Positions 35,700 to 47,754 of a stretch of 51,471 nucleotides of DNA are shown piece after piece; positions within the stretch are counted from its first letter, which is position 1, and each line of letters opens with the position of its first letter. The stretch spans positions 13,984,634-14,036,104 of the forward strand of contig NC_068984.1 in NCBI RefSeq assembly GCF_001194135.2. The letters are read 5' to 3'. Source of the DNA: Octopus bimaculoides. Its lineage: Eukaryota. Below the pieces are notes generated by a model. The model had not been told where the DNA came from and ran no database searches. It saw nothing but the letters and a program-made list of their open reading frames with translations. A program made the translations under genes and the position numbers.

Positions 35700-37940
35700 A
35701 AAGCAGATTTGGGGAGAGCGGACGGCTTGTCACGGATATAAATGCTCAAAACAACTGCATCACCTGAACAAGCGAGGAGGCCAATAAGACCCCAAGAAAT
35801 ATCGAAGAAGCATACATAAAAACAAAGAAGAACTGGAAGACACCATGACACAGTCCCAAACCTGTGCTTGAAATATTTAATAAACAAGCATAAAGAACTT
35901 GTAAAATTATATAACGGTATATTGAAAGGCCAGAAATAAAACCCAAATGACTCACTGAGAGAAAACAACCTTATTCTAATAACAAACTGCAACATCTACA
36001 GACACAGAACGAACGTTTACAGATACAAATCTACAGCGGACAATGCATTAACTGCAACAATAATTGAAGTTTATGCATTGTATGATTTTCCTCTCCAGAA
36101 GAACACAAAGAGTGTTGTAAAGACACTTATGGATGTAATAATTATGTAATAAATATTTAAAGATATAATGGGAAAATGATTTTGAAAGAATGTTCTAAAC
36201 ATGGCTTATATTGAGTGCAGAATTGTTAGTTTTTGTCAAGTACTCCCACCCGTGGAGTATGCATTTATTAGCTCCGAATATGTAAACACGAATAATAAAC
36301 TGGTAAATCAACCATATCATAAATGAATGGAACAGAATTCTACAGATAGGAACAAAAGAGGAATTTATGAAAATGAATCCCATCTATATGAGAAGAGGGT
36401 TATTCCAGAGGGATTCTTCTTCTCAAGGTCTTTTCTTTCTTTTTGCCTGGTGTTATTACTTTTATCAACTTCATTGCGAAACGACAGTTAACGCGAAAAC
36501 AGTGTGTAGGGAAGGGGAAGCGGTGGCTTTTGTGTATGAATGATATTGTGTTGTACGCCATCTATGATAGAAAATTGCAAACAATATTACAGAGAGTACA
36601 AACATTTATTAAAAAGTACCAAGTTAACCTTATAAATAGGAAATCTAATATAGAAAAACATCATTAATATTATATTAGTTAAAGAAAAATAAATATATGA
36701 GTTAGAACACATAGAAACAAAACATCATCGTATTTATCATTTATGCAGGAGAAATGGTAGCCTTCTGCATCTCCTAAATTGTTATGAAATGTCTATTGTA
36801 TGGCTACAAAAATATTTGGTTGCGAATAGAGAGAAAACTAATAGAATTGCTGCGAAAACGAACAAAACAAAAAGAAAATATTTCTCTCTCCCTCTCTCTT
36901 GAGGTGAGTTAACAATTGTAAGCAGAGGCTGAAAATAATAGACAGTAGTGAAGATACGAGAGAAATAACCTCAGAAGTGGTTAAAAATTTAAAAACTATA
37001 CTGGAAATGAGGTTACAAAATGTCATGGAAAATGGTAGCAAAAACATGCCTACGTATTCAACGTATGGTATGACTGAACAAAGCAAATACGACAAAAAAA
37101 TATATGTTTATCTATGGTTGAAAAGTACAGGATTCAAAGCTGAGTCTGAAGGATTTTTTCTTTTTATTTCAGTGTAAAAACAAAGTTCTAAAATTAAAAA
37201 CTATCAAAAGGATATCATTTTTTCTACTCTAGGCACAAGGCCGGAAATTTTGGGAAAGGGTGCCAGTCGATTAGATCGACTCCAATACGCAACTGGTACT
37301 TAATTTATTGCTGTTAAAGGGATGAAAGGCAAAGTCAACCACGGTGGAATTTGAACTCAGATCGTAAAGACAGACGAAATACCTATTTCTGTATTGCCCA
37401 CAAGAGGCTAAACATAGAGGGGACAAACAAGGACAGACAAACGGATTAAGTCGATTACATCGACCCCAGTGCGTAACTGGTACTTAATTTATCGACCCCG
37501 AAAGGATGAAAGGCAAAGTCGACCTCGGCGGAATTTGAACTCAGAACGTAACGGCAGACGAAATACCGCTAAGCATTTCGCCCGGCGTGCTAACGTTTCT
37601 GCCAGCTCGCCGACTTATAATAGAGAATATTTGCGCAAAGATGACGGTGTCGAAGCTTTGATAATGGGGACATTATCAAAGTCTAGGACATGCCAAGTCA
37701 TACAGACTGAAATAACAATTACTTCAATGAGTTTTGTGGATGATACAATTACCATAATGTGAGATATGCTAATCTATACATCTCGGAGATGGGAAAACAA
37801 CCCCAGTTTGAGTTACGTCAACCGGTACAAACAGAAACAGTAAAGGGACAGATATATTATCAAAAATCATCGGGATACAAAGTGTCTTCCCATTTTGGTC
37901 AATCCATCCGCATATTTAAAATAGACTTAGCGGAATTATG
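35700..37940 (+). mobile_element. R4/Dong-like (REL-type) LINE remnant, heavily decayed and interrupted by SINEs
   Basis: KNWKTP (cf. KNWKAPG), IYMRRGLFQRDSS (cf. IRRGIFQGDSLSP) and WLKSTGFKAESEGFF (cf. WL.S..LK.ETEGF). Confidence 0.65.
37212..37615 (-). mobile_element. SINE family B heterodimer (tail 1 unit plus tail 2 unit) joined at about 37383
   Basis: Junction gacgaaatacc|tatttctgtattgccc. Confidence 0.88.
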
Positions 37941-37957
37941 TAATGTATAAATAAGTA

Positions 37958-38275
37958 GGTGGAGGCGCAATGGCCCAGTGGTTAGGGCAGAGGCTCGCAG
38001 TTTCGATTTCCAGACCGGGCGTTGTGTGTATTTATTGAGCGAAAATACCTAAAGTTCCACGGGATTCCGGCAGAGGGTGGTGGCGACCCCCTGTTGTACT
38101 CTTTCGCCCCAACTTTCTCTAACTCTTTCTTCCTGTTTCTTGAGTAACGCTACGATGGATTGACATCCCGTCCAGCTGGAAGGAACACATACGCCATAGA
38201 AACCGGGAAACCGGGCCCGTGAGCCTGACTAGGCTTGAAAAGGGCGCATAAATAATAATAAATAAATAAATAAGT
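37958..38275 (+). mobile_element. SINE family D
   Basis: ggaggcgcaatggcccagtggttaggg head, gtttcgatttcc B-box and (AAT)n tail. Confidence 0.8.
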
Positions 38276-38959
38276 AGACGGAAGATATGTTAAATAGAAA
38301 TAATGACTGAATGAATAGGGATTAGGGAAATATAACCAAGAATATAGTAATGGTAATGTCAAAGGTAATAACCTACTTAGTGTAGTAAATAGTAAAACGA
38401 TGACACATTTTAATTAATTATAATTACACCTGTGGTGGGGAGAAGATGATTAAGTTAATGATAAATTCTGGTCAAGAAAGTGAAAGGTGATAACCCTAAA
38501 TGGAGGTAAATGCGATGTTGGTGGTGTAGTCATAAGGCTGGATCTTTTTTCAGTTTTATGAGATCTCAGTAAGGATATATTGTACTTCTTGCCTTAGACT
38601 AGGATCATTTGAGAAAAATAGTACGTGGCGGCTAATTATAATTTCTACTTTGGTGGGGACTTATTTCCGGTTAAGAAATGCAAATGAGACAGCCAAAAAG
38701 TTTTAATAACGTACTTTAAAATAAAATGATTCACTGCATTAAACATGTTAACACTAACGTTACAATTTGTTTCACATACAGAACATTGCACTGAATATTT
38801 TTCTATTAGCCATTTTCAAGTTATCACGGTATTGGGAAATTATTATTTACGGAACAACCTTTATGATATCAGATGTGATCTTTTACAAGGATTAATGCTG
38901 TCAAAATTTAGCACAAGGCGAATAATTTTATCAGGAGGAGATTAGCCTATCATATAAAC

Positions 38960-39110
38960 CCGAGTATTTTGAAAGTATTTTATTTTATTGATTCCCGTAA
39001 GGATTGAAGGCAAATTTGAGCTCGGAGGGATTTTAAGTCAGAAGCTAAAGTGCCGAAAGAAACACCATTAAGCATTGTGTCCGGCGCGCTAACGATTCTA
39101 TCAGCTCACA
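38960..39110 (-). mobile_element. Old family B-like SINE
   Basis: Degenerate gaaggcaaa..cggagggattt..aagcatt..cggcgcgctaacgattct. Confidence 0.55.
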
Positions 39111-39629
39111 GTTATTTTGTCGGACAACAATGCTAAACATCATACTTCTCTAACGAAACATACCCGAGGTTGTTACCATGTTACGAATTAGAATCACTCC
39201 AAACTCCGAAGAGACGGCCTTAATTATAGCTTAACCAGGGTGTGATAAGATATTCCATTTCAAATATTTATGTTGCACAATGATGGCAATTTATATATGA
39301 AATATTAAAAGGTTTCTTCTTGCTGTGGTTGATTGAAATTGCACAGATATTTATGTACACTGTTTTAAGGAAGGGCAACTTGGATTGCTGAAGTCAAAAC
39401 AGTTGGTCTCAGAACATTGTTATGCAAAAGTATATTATTGTACATACATTCCGAAAACATACTACATGCTGATAGAATGCGTATAAAGGCGAGTTATAGA
39501 GTGGGAATCTGGTCAAATTCTTCCACGTGTTTCATGCTAATGTTTTGAATTAATTATAACCATGGTACGTGTCTACAGTGTTCAGTTCTCAGCTAAACAA
39601 CTATAACGTGAAGTTCATATAAAGCGCAA

Positions 39630-39812
39630 GGCATTGAGCTGACAGAAACGTTAGCGCGTCGGACAAAGTGTTAAGTTGGATATTTTCCGGCATTTTACAT
39701 CCTGAGTTCAAATCTCGTGGTGCTCAACTTTGGGTTTCATCCCACTTCTAGGTCAATAGAATAAAGTACCAGTTAAGTTCTGGGTTCGACATAATCGACC
39801 TGTCACCTTCCC
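39630..39812 (+). mobile_element. Old family B-like SINE
   Basis: gagctgacagaaacgttagc...gagttcaaat...aagtaccagtt. Confidence 0.6.
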
Positions 39813-39869
39813 TCAAAAAAAAAAAAAGCAGACCTTGAATCCTGTGTTCAGGGAAATGTTGTGATCTTC

Positions 39870-39883
39870 GTCGCTATGGAAAC
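39870..39883 (+). promoter_or_regulatory. RFX X-box-like motif overlapping an ATG, followed by a strong splice donor
   Basis: GTCGCTATGGAAAC fits GTYNCYATRGNAAC. CAG|GTAAGC follows at 39887. Confidence 0.35.
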
Positions 39884-40390
39884 CAGGTAAGCGGCCCCAT
39901 GAGATCTTGAGCTCAAGAAAAAAGAAGCAAACACATAAAGAGGAATAGGAGCCTCTACGTGTCTCCTCCAGATCGCATCTCCATAATTTGATTGGTTTCA
40001 AATTATTGGTTTCAAATTTCATGGCCAGAAATTCTGAGGGAAGGGGGCATCTGTCTTACAGAATGGAATTCATAATATGCTTCAAACTAGCGCCAATGAA
40101 ATGTGATGTTCAAAAGAAAAATTAAAAGAAGAGGAGACAAAAGGTTTTCTATCTTTCTCTCTTGAAAATGCCAGAAAAAAGATATAACGGAAAGAAATAA
40201 AAGAAAAACAATTTCCAAGAATAGTTTTTCCTCAATTCAACTCTACGGTTGTCCTTGGAAGCATAGAATTCAATTTATGAAATTAGAAACACCGGAAAAA
40301 AGTAGAAAATAGATTATGAAGTGATGGATATCTTTCTCTGGACAAGCTTTGCGCAAAGCCGATTCAAGAAGCTGTTGTAACAGGTTATTA

Positions 40391-40400
40391 GCGCATGCGC
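40391..40400. promoter_or_regulatory. NRF1-type palindromic motif
   Basis: GCGCATGCGC in a locally CpG-richer, repeat-free stretch. Confidence 0.35.
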
Positions 40401-41370
40401 AAGACGCAAATCGCCGAAACTGACTCTACAAGTTTAATTACTACATGCCAGACTTCTACGCACCTATCTTCGCAGCTGCCTATAACAAATAACAGCTAGC
40501 TGGAAGCGATGCCAGATGTATCAACTGAGGAGTAAGTATGCTGTTATTAAAACACATGAACTGGGGAAATTGCTTATCAAGTTTAAACCCATAATTCCGC
40601 TAAACATAGAGTTAGAGATTTACCAAGGTTTCTCACCAAGAGACTGGAATGTCGTCCGTTGCGTAAGTTGGAGAGGCAGATCTACCCTCTACGTTATCAG
40701 GTGCATCATAGAACATGTCGAGAATGTATATCTAGCTTCAATTGAGTGGTAATCAATTTATGTCAGGTTAAAGCATTTGAGAGGGTCCACAGTTGCTGCT
40801 TGACACGTGTCTTACGTTCACTGATTATTACGATGACATTTCTGAAGGGTAAAGCAATGAGAAAAAATGGCTTTGTGATAGAAGGATAAAAATCAGCAAT
40901 GTCAGTAATAATAAACTTAAAACTTTGTTCGTGATAGACTCAACAGAACCATACTAAAACTTTTCTATTGCTGTTCAATAATAGGAAGGGTATAACGTTT
41001 TTACTCTACAAATAATCTCAACAAAACGTTACCAACTATTTGTAATTACAGTTTAAAGGATTTACTGGACTAACAATTTGTGGATGTTAATGGAGTTATA
41101 TATATGGACCTTAAGGGAAATATATGATGTACAGACTTTAGGGTTAGTATTCAATCTAACACATCGGTGTATGTAGAGGGTTGTAACTTATGTCCTTATG
41201 TAGGTCCCCATATCCTGGATATAGGATCCTTTCATAGTACGTCTTCATTGATAATAGTATGTACTTTTCCTGTGCTGTCAAGAGATTTTTACTTTCATTA
41301 AACGAAACATGTATTTTCATAAAATTGCGTAATTATGTCACTATACATACGAATACATACATACATTCAT

Positions 41371-41437
<67 letters not shown>

Positions 41438-41609
41438 CACATATACCTGCATACTTATATGCATATATATCAATCCACACATACATACATACTTATCCAC
41501 ACACTCACACGCATACATACATACATACATACATACATACATACACACATACATACATACATACATACATACATACATACATACATGCATACATACATTC
41601 ATGCATCTG

Positions 41610-41990
41610 CAGTAACCTTACCCGAATTACAAGTTCAGGTTTATACCTGTAATTATTGAGGCCCTGAGATATGCTACACACTGCCTGAATACCATTCTTG
41701 AGAAATCAGGCCTCACAAAACCAGAAAGGAGAAAGCTAATTCGAAGACTACAGATCTAATCTATCATTGAACTGTAAAAGTCTGTAAAACTTTCCAGAAG
41801 TTTATCATTTAAATATATATGAGCATGTCTAGATACGTAACTATATGCATGAGAATACGTACATAAAACATACAAATATGCACACCCTGTTTTTGATGTT
41901 GGAATTCCAGTGAAGGAACCTTGGATCTCGGTTAGAAACCGGTTCTTTCTTTATTAGCAAGAAATCTTGAAATAAAACTGAATAATAACA
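41610..41990 (+). mobile_element. 3' end of an REL-type LINE (endonuclease C-terminus plus UTR)
   Basis: YKFRFIPVIIEALRY..CLNTILEKSGLTKPERRKLIRRLQI. Shared with 10622-10945. Confidence 0.65.
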
Positions 41991-42005
41991 TGCATACACA
42001 CATAT

Positions 42006-42036
<31 letters not shown>

Positions 42037-43352
42037 CATGCATACATAGCTTTTTAAGTACTACATATACTTGGGGCCAAGTTATATAGTTAATATGAAT
42101 ATAGTTAATACTCAATGAATTTTGGCATTTGGGATGGCGACATATTTGCAATGTTGAAATTTAGATTTAAAAAATAAACGATATGGTTTTAAATAGAAAG
42201 TATTTTTATAATGTTATTTCTCTGTACTGGTTGTAGTATGTGTGTTGTACAGTGGTGGATGACCGGTTAGAGCTGGAAAACTGGAAGAACAGGATGCAGA
42301 GAAGTAGTTCAGGTGAGAGGATATACAGTCAATAATTTCAGAAAATCAGTGTTGCAAGGAACAACAGTAGAAGAGAAAATAGAAAGGTGTATACAACACC
42401 ACGGCTTTAGAAAAGCTGGCGAGCGAGTTGCAACTGTAGTTGTTTTCAAAACCCTTCTCTAATATGAAGGTAGTTTTCATCTTCCCCGCTTCCTCTATTG
42501 CTTTTCTTCTTCCTTTTCGTCCACTTTGTCACCATTTTCTTTAGTTTCTTTACAATATCTGCATTCTTTTCTGTCTCTCCTCCAGGATATCCTTCTTAGT
42601 TACAGTATCTTTCTCTTTCTTGATCATCCTTTTCTCTGACTTCATCAATGTATTCTTTATCTCTTCCCTTCATATCCTTCTCCATTTTTTCCCCGTTTTC
42701 TTCAATTCATATTTGTCGTCTGCTTCATCCATTTCTACTTTTTTCTCTTTTACTTGTTCATTTTATCGCCCCTTCTTCCCCATCCTCCTCCTTTCATTGT
42801 TATTATTGATATTATTAAACACATCGCACTACGCCTCTTTTCCCTCCCTCTTATTCACCATTTCCCACCTCCTGTTACACGTCTACCTATTTTCCCTGTA
42901 ATGTCAGGTCTCGCTCAGTTATTTTCCTTCTACATATTGTCTAGCTTAAAACTTCCATCCTCCTCTTTCTTTTACATTTTTATTCTCGTCCTTCAATACT
43001 TATTTTATCCTTCTTTCTAACTTCCTTTGTATTTATTTCTGCTCAATCTCTCTCATTATCATCACCTCCTTCATTTTCTTCTACATCTACGTCTCGTTCC
43101 AACAACGTTCCCGCCAACATCCACGTCCCTAGTAACATCACAACCACCACTGCCACCATCGCCTTCACCATTACAGCCAACAGCATCACTACCACAACTA
43201 CTAATACCACAGCCACCATCACCACCACCACTACCAACATCAACTACAGCACCATCATCACCAGCAGAACAAGCATAAAGAGCTCCTGTACCACCACCAG
43301 AAATACCACCCGCACCACTTGAACAACAACCAGCACTAACACTACCGCTATT

Positions 43353-43835
43353 TATTTCTTTATTGCCCATAGGGGGCTAAACATAGAGAGGACAAACAAG
43401 GACAGACAAAGAGATTAAGTCGATTACATCGACCCCAGTGCGTAACTGGTACTTATTTAATCGACCCCGAAAGGATGGAAGGCAAAGTCGACCTCGGCGG
43501 AATTTGAACTCAGAACGTAACGGCAGGCGAAATACCTATTTCTTTACTGCCCACAAGGGGCTACACACAGAGGGNNNNNNNNNNNNNNNNNNNNNNNNNN
43601 NNNNNNNNNNNNNNNNNNNNNTATTTATTTCTTTATTGCCCATAGGGGGCTAAACATAGAGAGGACAAACAAGGACAGACAAAGAGATTAAGTCGATTAC
43701 ATCGACCCCAGTGCGTAACTGGTACTTATTTAATCGACCCCGAAAGGATGGAAGGCAAAGTCGACCTCGGCGGAATTTGAACTCAGAACGTAACGGCAGG
43801 CGAAATACCGCTCAGCATTTCGCCCGGCGTGCTAA
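43353..43835 (-). mobile_element. SINE family B multimer inside one 15-bp TSD
   Basis: TSD AACACTACCGCTATT at 43338-43352 and 43836-43850. Unit junction at about 43536. Contains an N-gap. Confidence 0.85.
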
Positions 43836-44578
43836 AACACTACCGCTATTACCATACCAGTTACACAACTACCACAGCTACGACCGGCCGCGTTTACCAC
43901 AACCGGCTTACCATCGCCACTACAACAATCACCGCTGCCACCAACACCACCACCACAGCAACCGTTATGTCCGCCATCGTCTTCCCTACCTCTTCCTTCT
44001 ACCTTCGTCAAATTAATTCTCCGCCGTCCACTCTTTCCTTCTGTATTCTTTCACTAGATTTCGTAAAGTTGCATGAGTCAGTAAGATGTAGACTGACGAT
44101 GAAGCATTAATTAACATGGTAACTAGTTATATTATTTCCGAGCGTGGCTAATCGTCTTTTTATTTTCATTTTTACTCTTTATACATACATATCCACATAT
44201 CCATCCATACATACACACACACACACGNNNNNNNNNNTTATTTGCTGTTGTTTCTCTTTTTTTTTGGGTTTTGTTCTCTTTTATTTATTTATTTGTTTAT
44301 TTATTTATTTTTTTATTAATCAAATCTAGTTGCTAGGCAACATGAATGTAATCGTAGGCTGCGCATTTCGCTTATTCTCAAAGCGAGTAGCAAACATGTT
44401 TGCAGAGTTATAAGTGATTTGCCGGAGCACGTGATTTCCTATTTGTTTGCTTCTGTAACTGTTTGTATATAGTTGTGAAGTATGAATAGTTGGAGTGTCG
44501 TACGTACGTACGTATGTATGTATGTATGTATGTATGTATGTATGTTTGTGGGTGTATGCATGTATGTATGTAAATACA

Positions 44579-44629
<51 letters not shown>

Positions 44630-45618
44630 ATATATATACATATANNNNNNNNNNNNNNNNNNNNNNNNNNNNNNNNNNNNNNNNNNNNNNNNNNNNNNNN
44701 NNNNNNNNNNNNNNNNNNNNNNNNNNNNNNNNNNNNNNNNNNNNNNNNNNNNNNNNNNNNNNNNNNNNNNNNNNNNNNNNNNNNNNNNNNNNNNNNNNNN
44801 NNNNNNNNNNNNNNNNNNNNNNNNNNNNNNNNNNNNNNNNNNNNNNNNNNNNNNNNNNNNNNNNNNNNNNNNNNNNNNNNNNNNNNNNNNNNNNNNNNNN
44901 NNNNNNNNNNNNNNNNNNNNNNNNNNNNNNNNNNNNNNNNNNNNNNNNNNNNNNNNNNNNNNNNNNNNNNNNNNNNNNNNNNNNNNNNNNNNNNNNNNNN
45001 NNNNNNNNNNNNNNNNNNNNNNNNNNNNNNNNNNNNNNNNNNNNNNNNNNNNNNNNNNNNNNNNNNNNNNNNNNNNNNNNNNNNNNNNNNNNNNNNNNNN
45101 NNNNNNNNNNNNNNNNNNNNNNNNNNNNNNNNNNNNNNNNNNNNNNNNNNNNNNNNNNNNNNNNNNNNNNNNNNNNNNNNNNNNNNNNNNNNNNNNNNNN
45201 NNNNNNNNNNNNNNNNNNNNNNNNNNNNNNNNNNNNNNNNNNNNNNNNNNNNNNNNNNNNNNNNNNNNNNNNNNNNNNNNNNNNNNNNNNNNNNNNNNNN
45301 NNNNNNNNNNNNNNNNNNNNNNNNNNNNNNNNNNNNNNNNNNNNNNNNNNNNNNNNNNNNNNNNNNNNNNNNNNNNNNNNNNNNNNNNNNNNNNNNNNNN
45401 NNNNNNNNNNNNNNNNNNNNNNNNNNNNNNNNNNNNNNNNNNNNNNNNNNNNNNNNNNNNNNNNNNNNNNNNNNNNNNNNNNNNNNNNNNNNNNNNNNNN
45501 NNNNNNNNNNNNNNNNNNNNNNNNNNNNNNNNNNNNNNNNNNNNNNNNNNNNNNNNNNNNNNNNNNNNNNNNNNNNNNNNNNNNNNNNNNNNNNNNNNNN
45601 NNNNNNNNNNNNNNNNNA

Positions 45619-46176
45619 TGATTGCAGTCCACCGTGTTGCTGCTGCTGCTGCTTGATGTTGTTGTTGTTGTTGAGGCCATTTTCTAATGGAGGTGATGAT
45701 GGTTCCGTGTAAAATAGTTGCATTGTTACTGTTCCTGATAACGACGTAGGTGGATGCCTTTGTTGTTGCTGCTGCTGTTGTGGTGGTGGTGGTGGCGGCG
45801 GTGGTTGAGGCGATGGTCCCTATGTTACTGATGACAATGATGATGATAGTAGTGAAGATTCCGTTGATTGTAGGGATGCTGGAGGTTGTGATGCTAGACT
45901 CTTGGTGGTGGCGGTGGTGGTTTCGGTAATACCGGAGCTGACATTGGTCGTGGGGTGCAGGGATGCTCGTAATATAGGTGGTGACAGCGGTGGTGAAGAT
46001 TGTCGTAATGCTTTCATGTTGGTGGTGGCAGTTGTGGTAGTAGCGGTGTGGGTGGTGGGTGTCTCTACCAGTAGTCTTAGAGTTGCTGCTGTTATTGTTG
46101 TGGCTGTTGATTTTAGTGTTGTTAGTGGTGATAGTGTCGGTGGCGGTAATGTTGGTGTGGTGGTGGTGGTGGTGAT
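45619..46176 (-). other. Low-complexity reading frame (T/P/S-rich, then polyP/Q/N) with a single in-frame TAG at 45820-45822
   Basis: ...SSLSSVT*GPSPQPPPPPPPPQQQQQQRHPP...NGLNNNNNIKQQQQQHGGLQS, bounded by gaps on both sides. Confidence 0.3.
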
Positions 46177-47319
46177 GGNNNNNNNNNNNNNNNNNNNNNN
46201 NNNNNNNNNNNNNNNNNNNNNNNNNNNNNNNNNNNNNNNNNNNNNNNNNNNNNNNNNNNNNNNNNNNNNNNNNNNNNNNNNNNNNNNNNNNNNNNNNNNN
46301 NNNNNNNNNNNNNNNNNNNNNNNNNNNNNNNNNNNNNNNNNNNNNNNNNNNNNNNNNNNNNNNNNNNNNNNNNNNNNNNNNNNNNNNNNNNNNNNNNNNN
46401 NNNNNNNNNNNNNNNNNNNNNNNNNNNNNNNNNNNNNNNNNNNNNNNNNNNNNNNNNNNNNNNNNNNNNNNNNNNNNNNNNNNNNNNNNNNNNNNNNNNN
46501 NNNNNNNNNNNNNNNNNNNNNNNNNNNNNNNNNNNNNNNNNNNNNNNNNNNNNNNNNNNNNNNNNNNNNNNNNNNNNNNNNNNNNNNNNNNNNNNNNNNN
46601 NNNNNNNNNNNNNNNNNNNNNNNNNNNNNNNNNNNNNNNNNNNNNNNNNNNNNNNNNNNNNNNNNNNNNNNNNNNNNNNNNNNNNNNNNNNNNNNNNNNN
46701 NNNNNNNNNNNNNNNNNNNNNNNNNNNNNNNNNNNNNNNNNNNNNNNNNNNNNNNNNNNNNNNNNNNNNNNNNNNNNNNNNNNNNNNNNNNNNNNNNNNN
46801 NNNNNNNNNNNNNNNNNNNNNNNNNNNNNNNNNNNNNNNNNNNNNNNNNNNNNNNNNNNNNNNNNNNNNNNNNNNNNNNNNNNNNNNNNNNNNNNNNNNN
46901 NNNNNNNNNNNNNNNNNNNNNNNNNNNNNNNNNNNNNNNNNNNNNNNNNNNNNNNNNNNNNNNNNNNNNNNNNNNNNTGGTGGTGGTGGTGGTGGGGTGA
47001 TTGTGGTTTTAGTGGTGGTTTTGGTGGTTTTGTTGGTGATGGTGGTTGCAGTGGCGGTTATGGTGCTGGTATTAGTCGTTGTGGTTGCGGTGGTAGTGGT
47101 GTTGAGGGGTGTATCATTGTTTCTTTTTTTATGTATCTATAAGTTTATTAGTTTATATTTTCTTTTGTAGTTTTATCTCAGGTTCTATATACCCTAACGG
47201 CGGCAGCTAAAATCGAAAGCACGCCAACGCTGACCATCTCATCTTATTTTAAGGGTATGGTGCGATCGTTTGTTTATTTCCCTAAACTATATTTCTCTAA
47301 ACTTTAGGCTGTTGTATTC

Positions 47320-47540
47320 ACGCTCGTAAAATCGTTATTTTGATCCCTGCGCCGGGGGGTGCGTTATATTCTTGAGCAGAAACCCTTGTTTTCACTTTGC
47401 CGAAGTCCACTCATCTGTAAATGAGTTCCAGTTAGAACTGGGAACAGCCCTCTCTCTGATCAGGGGAGTTTTGTAATCGCAGACATTTGTATGCCATAAA
47501 AGCCGGACTAAACTCCGGCCTTTTGAGTCCTAGAGCACAA
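47320..47540 (+). mobile_element. SINE-like family E fragment
   Basis: B-box-like ttgatccc, ttcttgagca..gtccactcatctgtaaatgag core, and an RTE-like tail (gccataaaagccggactaaactccggcc). Confidence 0.45.
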
Positions 47541-47661
47541 TTCAGACCTCAGTATTAGTAGGGCAACCATAGCCACCCTATATTTTGGACTACCTGTGCT
47601 TGGCCCCCGAGGCCACCACTAATGCTAGCACAGTGTCGAAAGGTACTAGAGATATATCTAG

Positions 47662-47703
47662 GATTTCATCATCCGGTTAATCGCTGTTGAATTAGGAAAA
47701 CAA
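47662..47703 (+). CDS. Candidate 42-nt exon: DFIIRLIAVELGKQ
   Basis: Strong donor CAA|GTGAGT and only frame 0 open. The acceptor tract is weak. Confidence 0.25.
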
Positions 47704-47754
47704 GTGAGTGTAACAGTACGGCCGAATAATGGAGTTGGGATAATGGCGAATGGA

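Noticed and set aside
38554-38568. 15-nt microexon (FYEIS) with a good acceptor and a GTAAGG donor
   Set aside because: Too short to distinguish from chance without RNA data.
42240-43070. Purine/pyrimidine-asymmetric tract as a coding region
   Set aside because: Multiple stops and no diagnostic motif. Possibly a decayed retroelement ORF.
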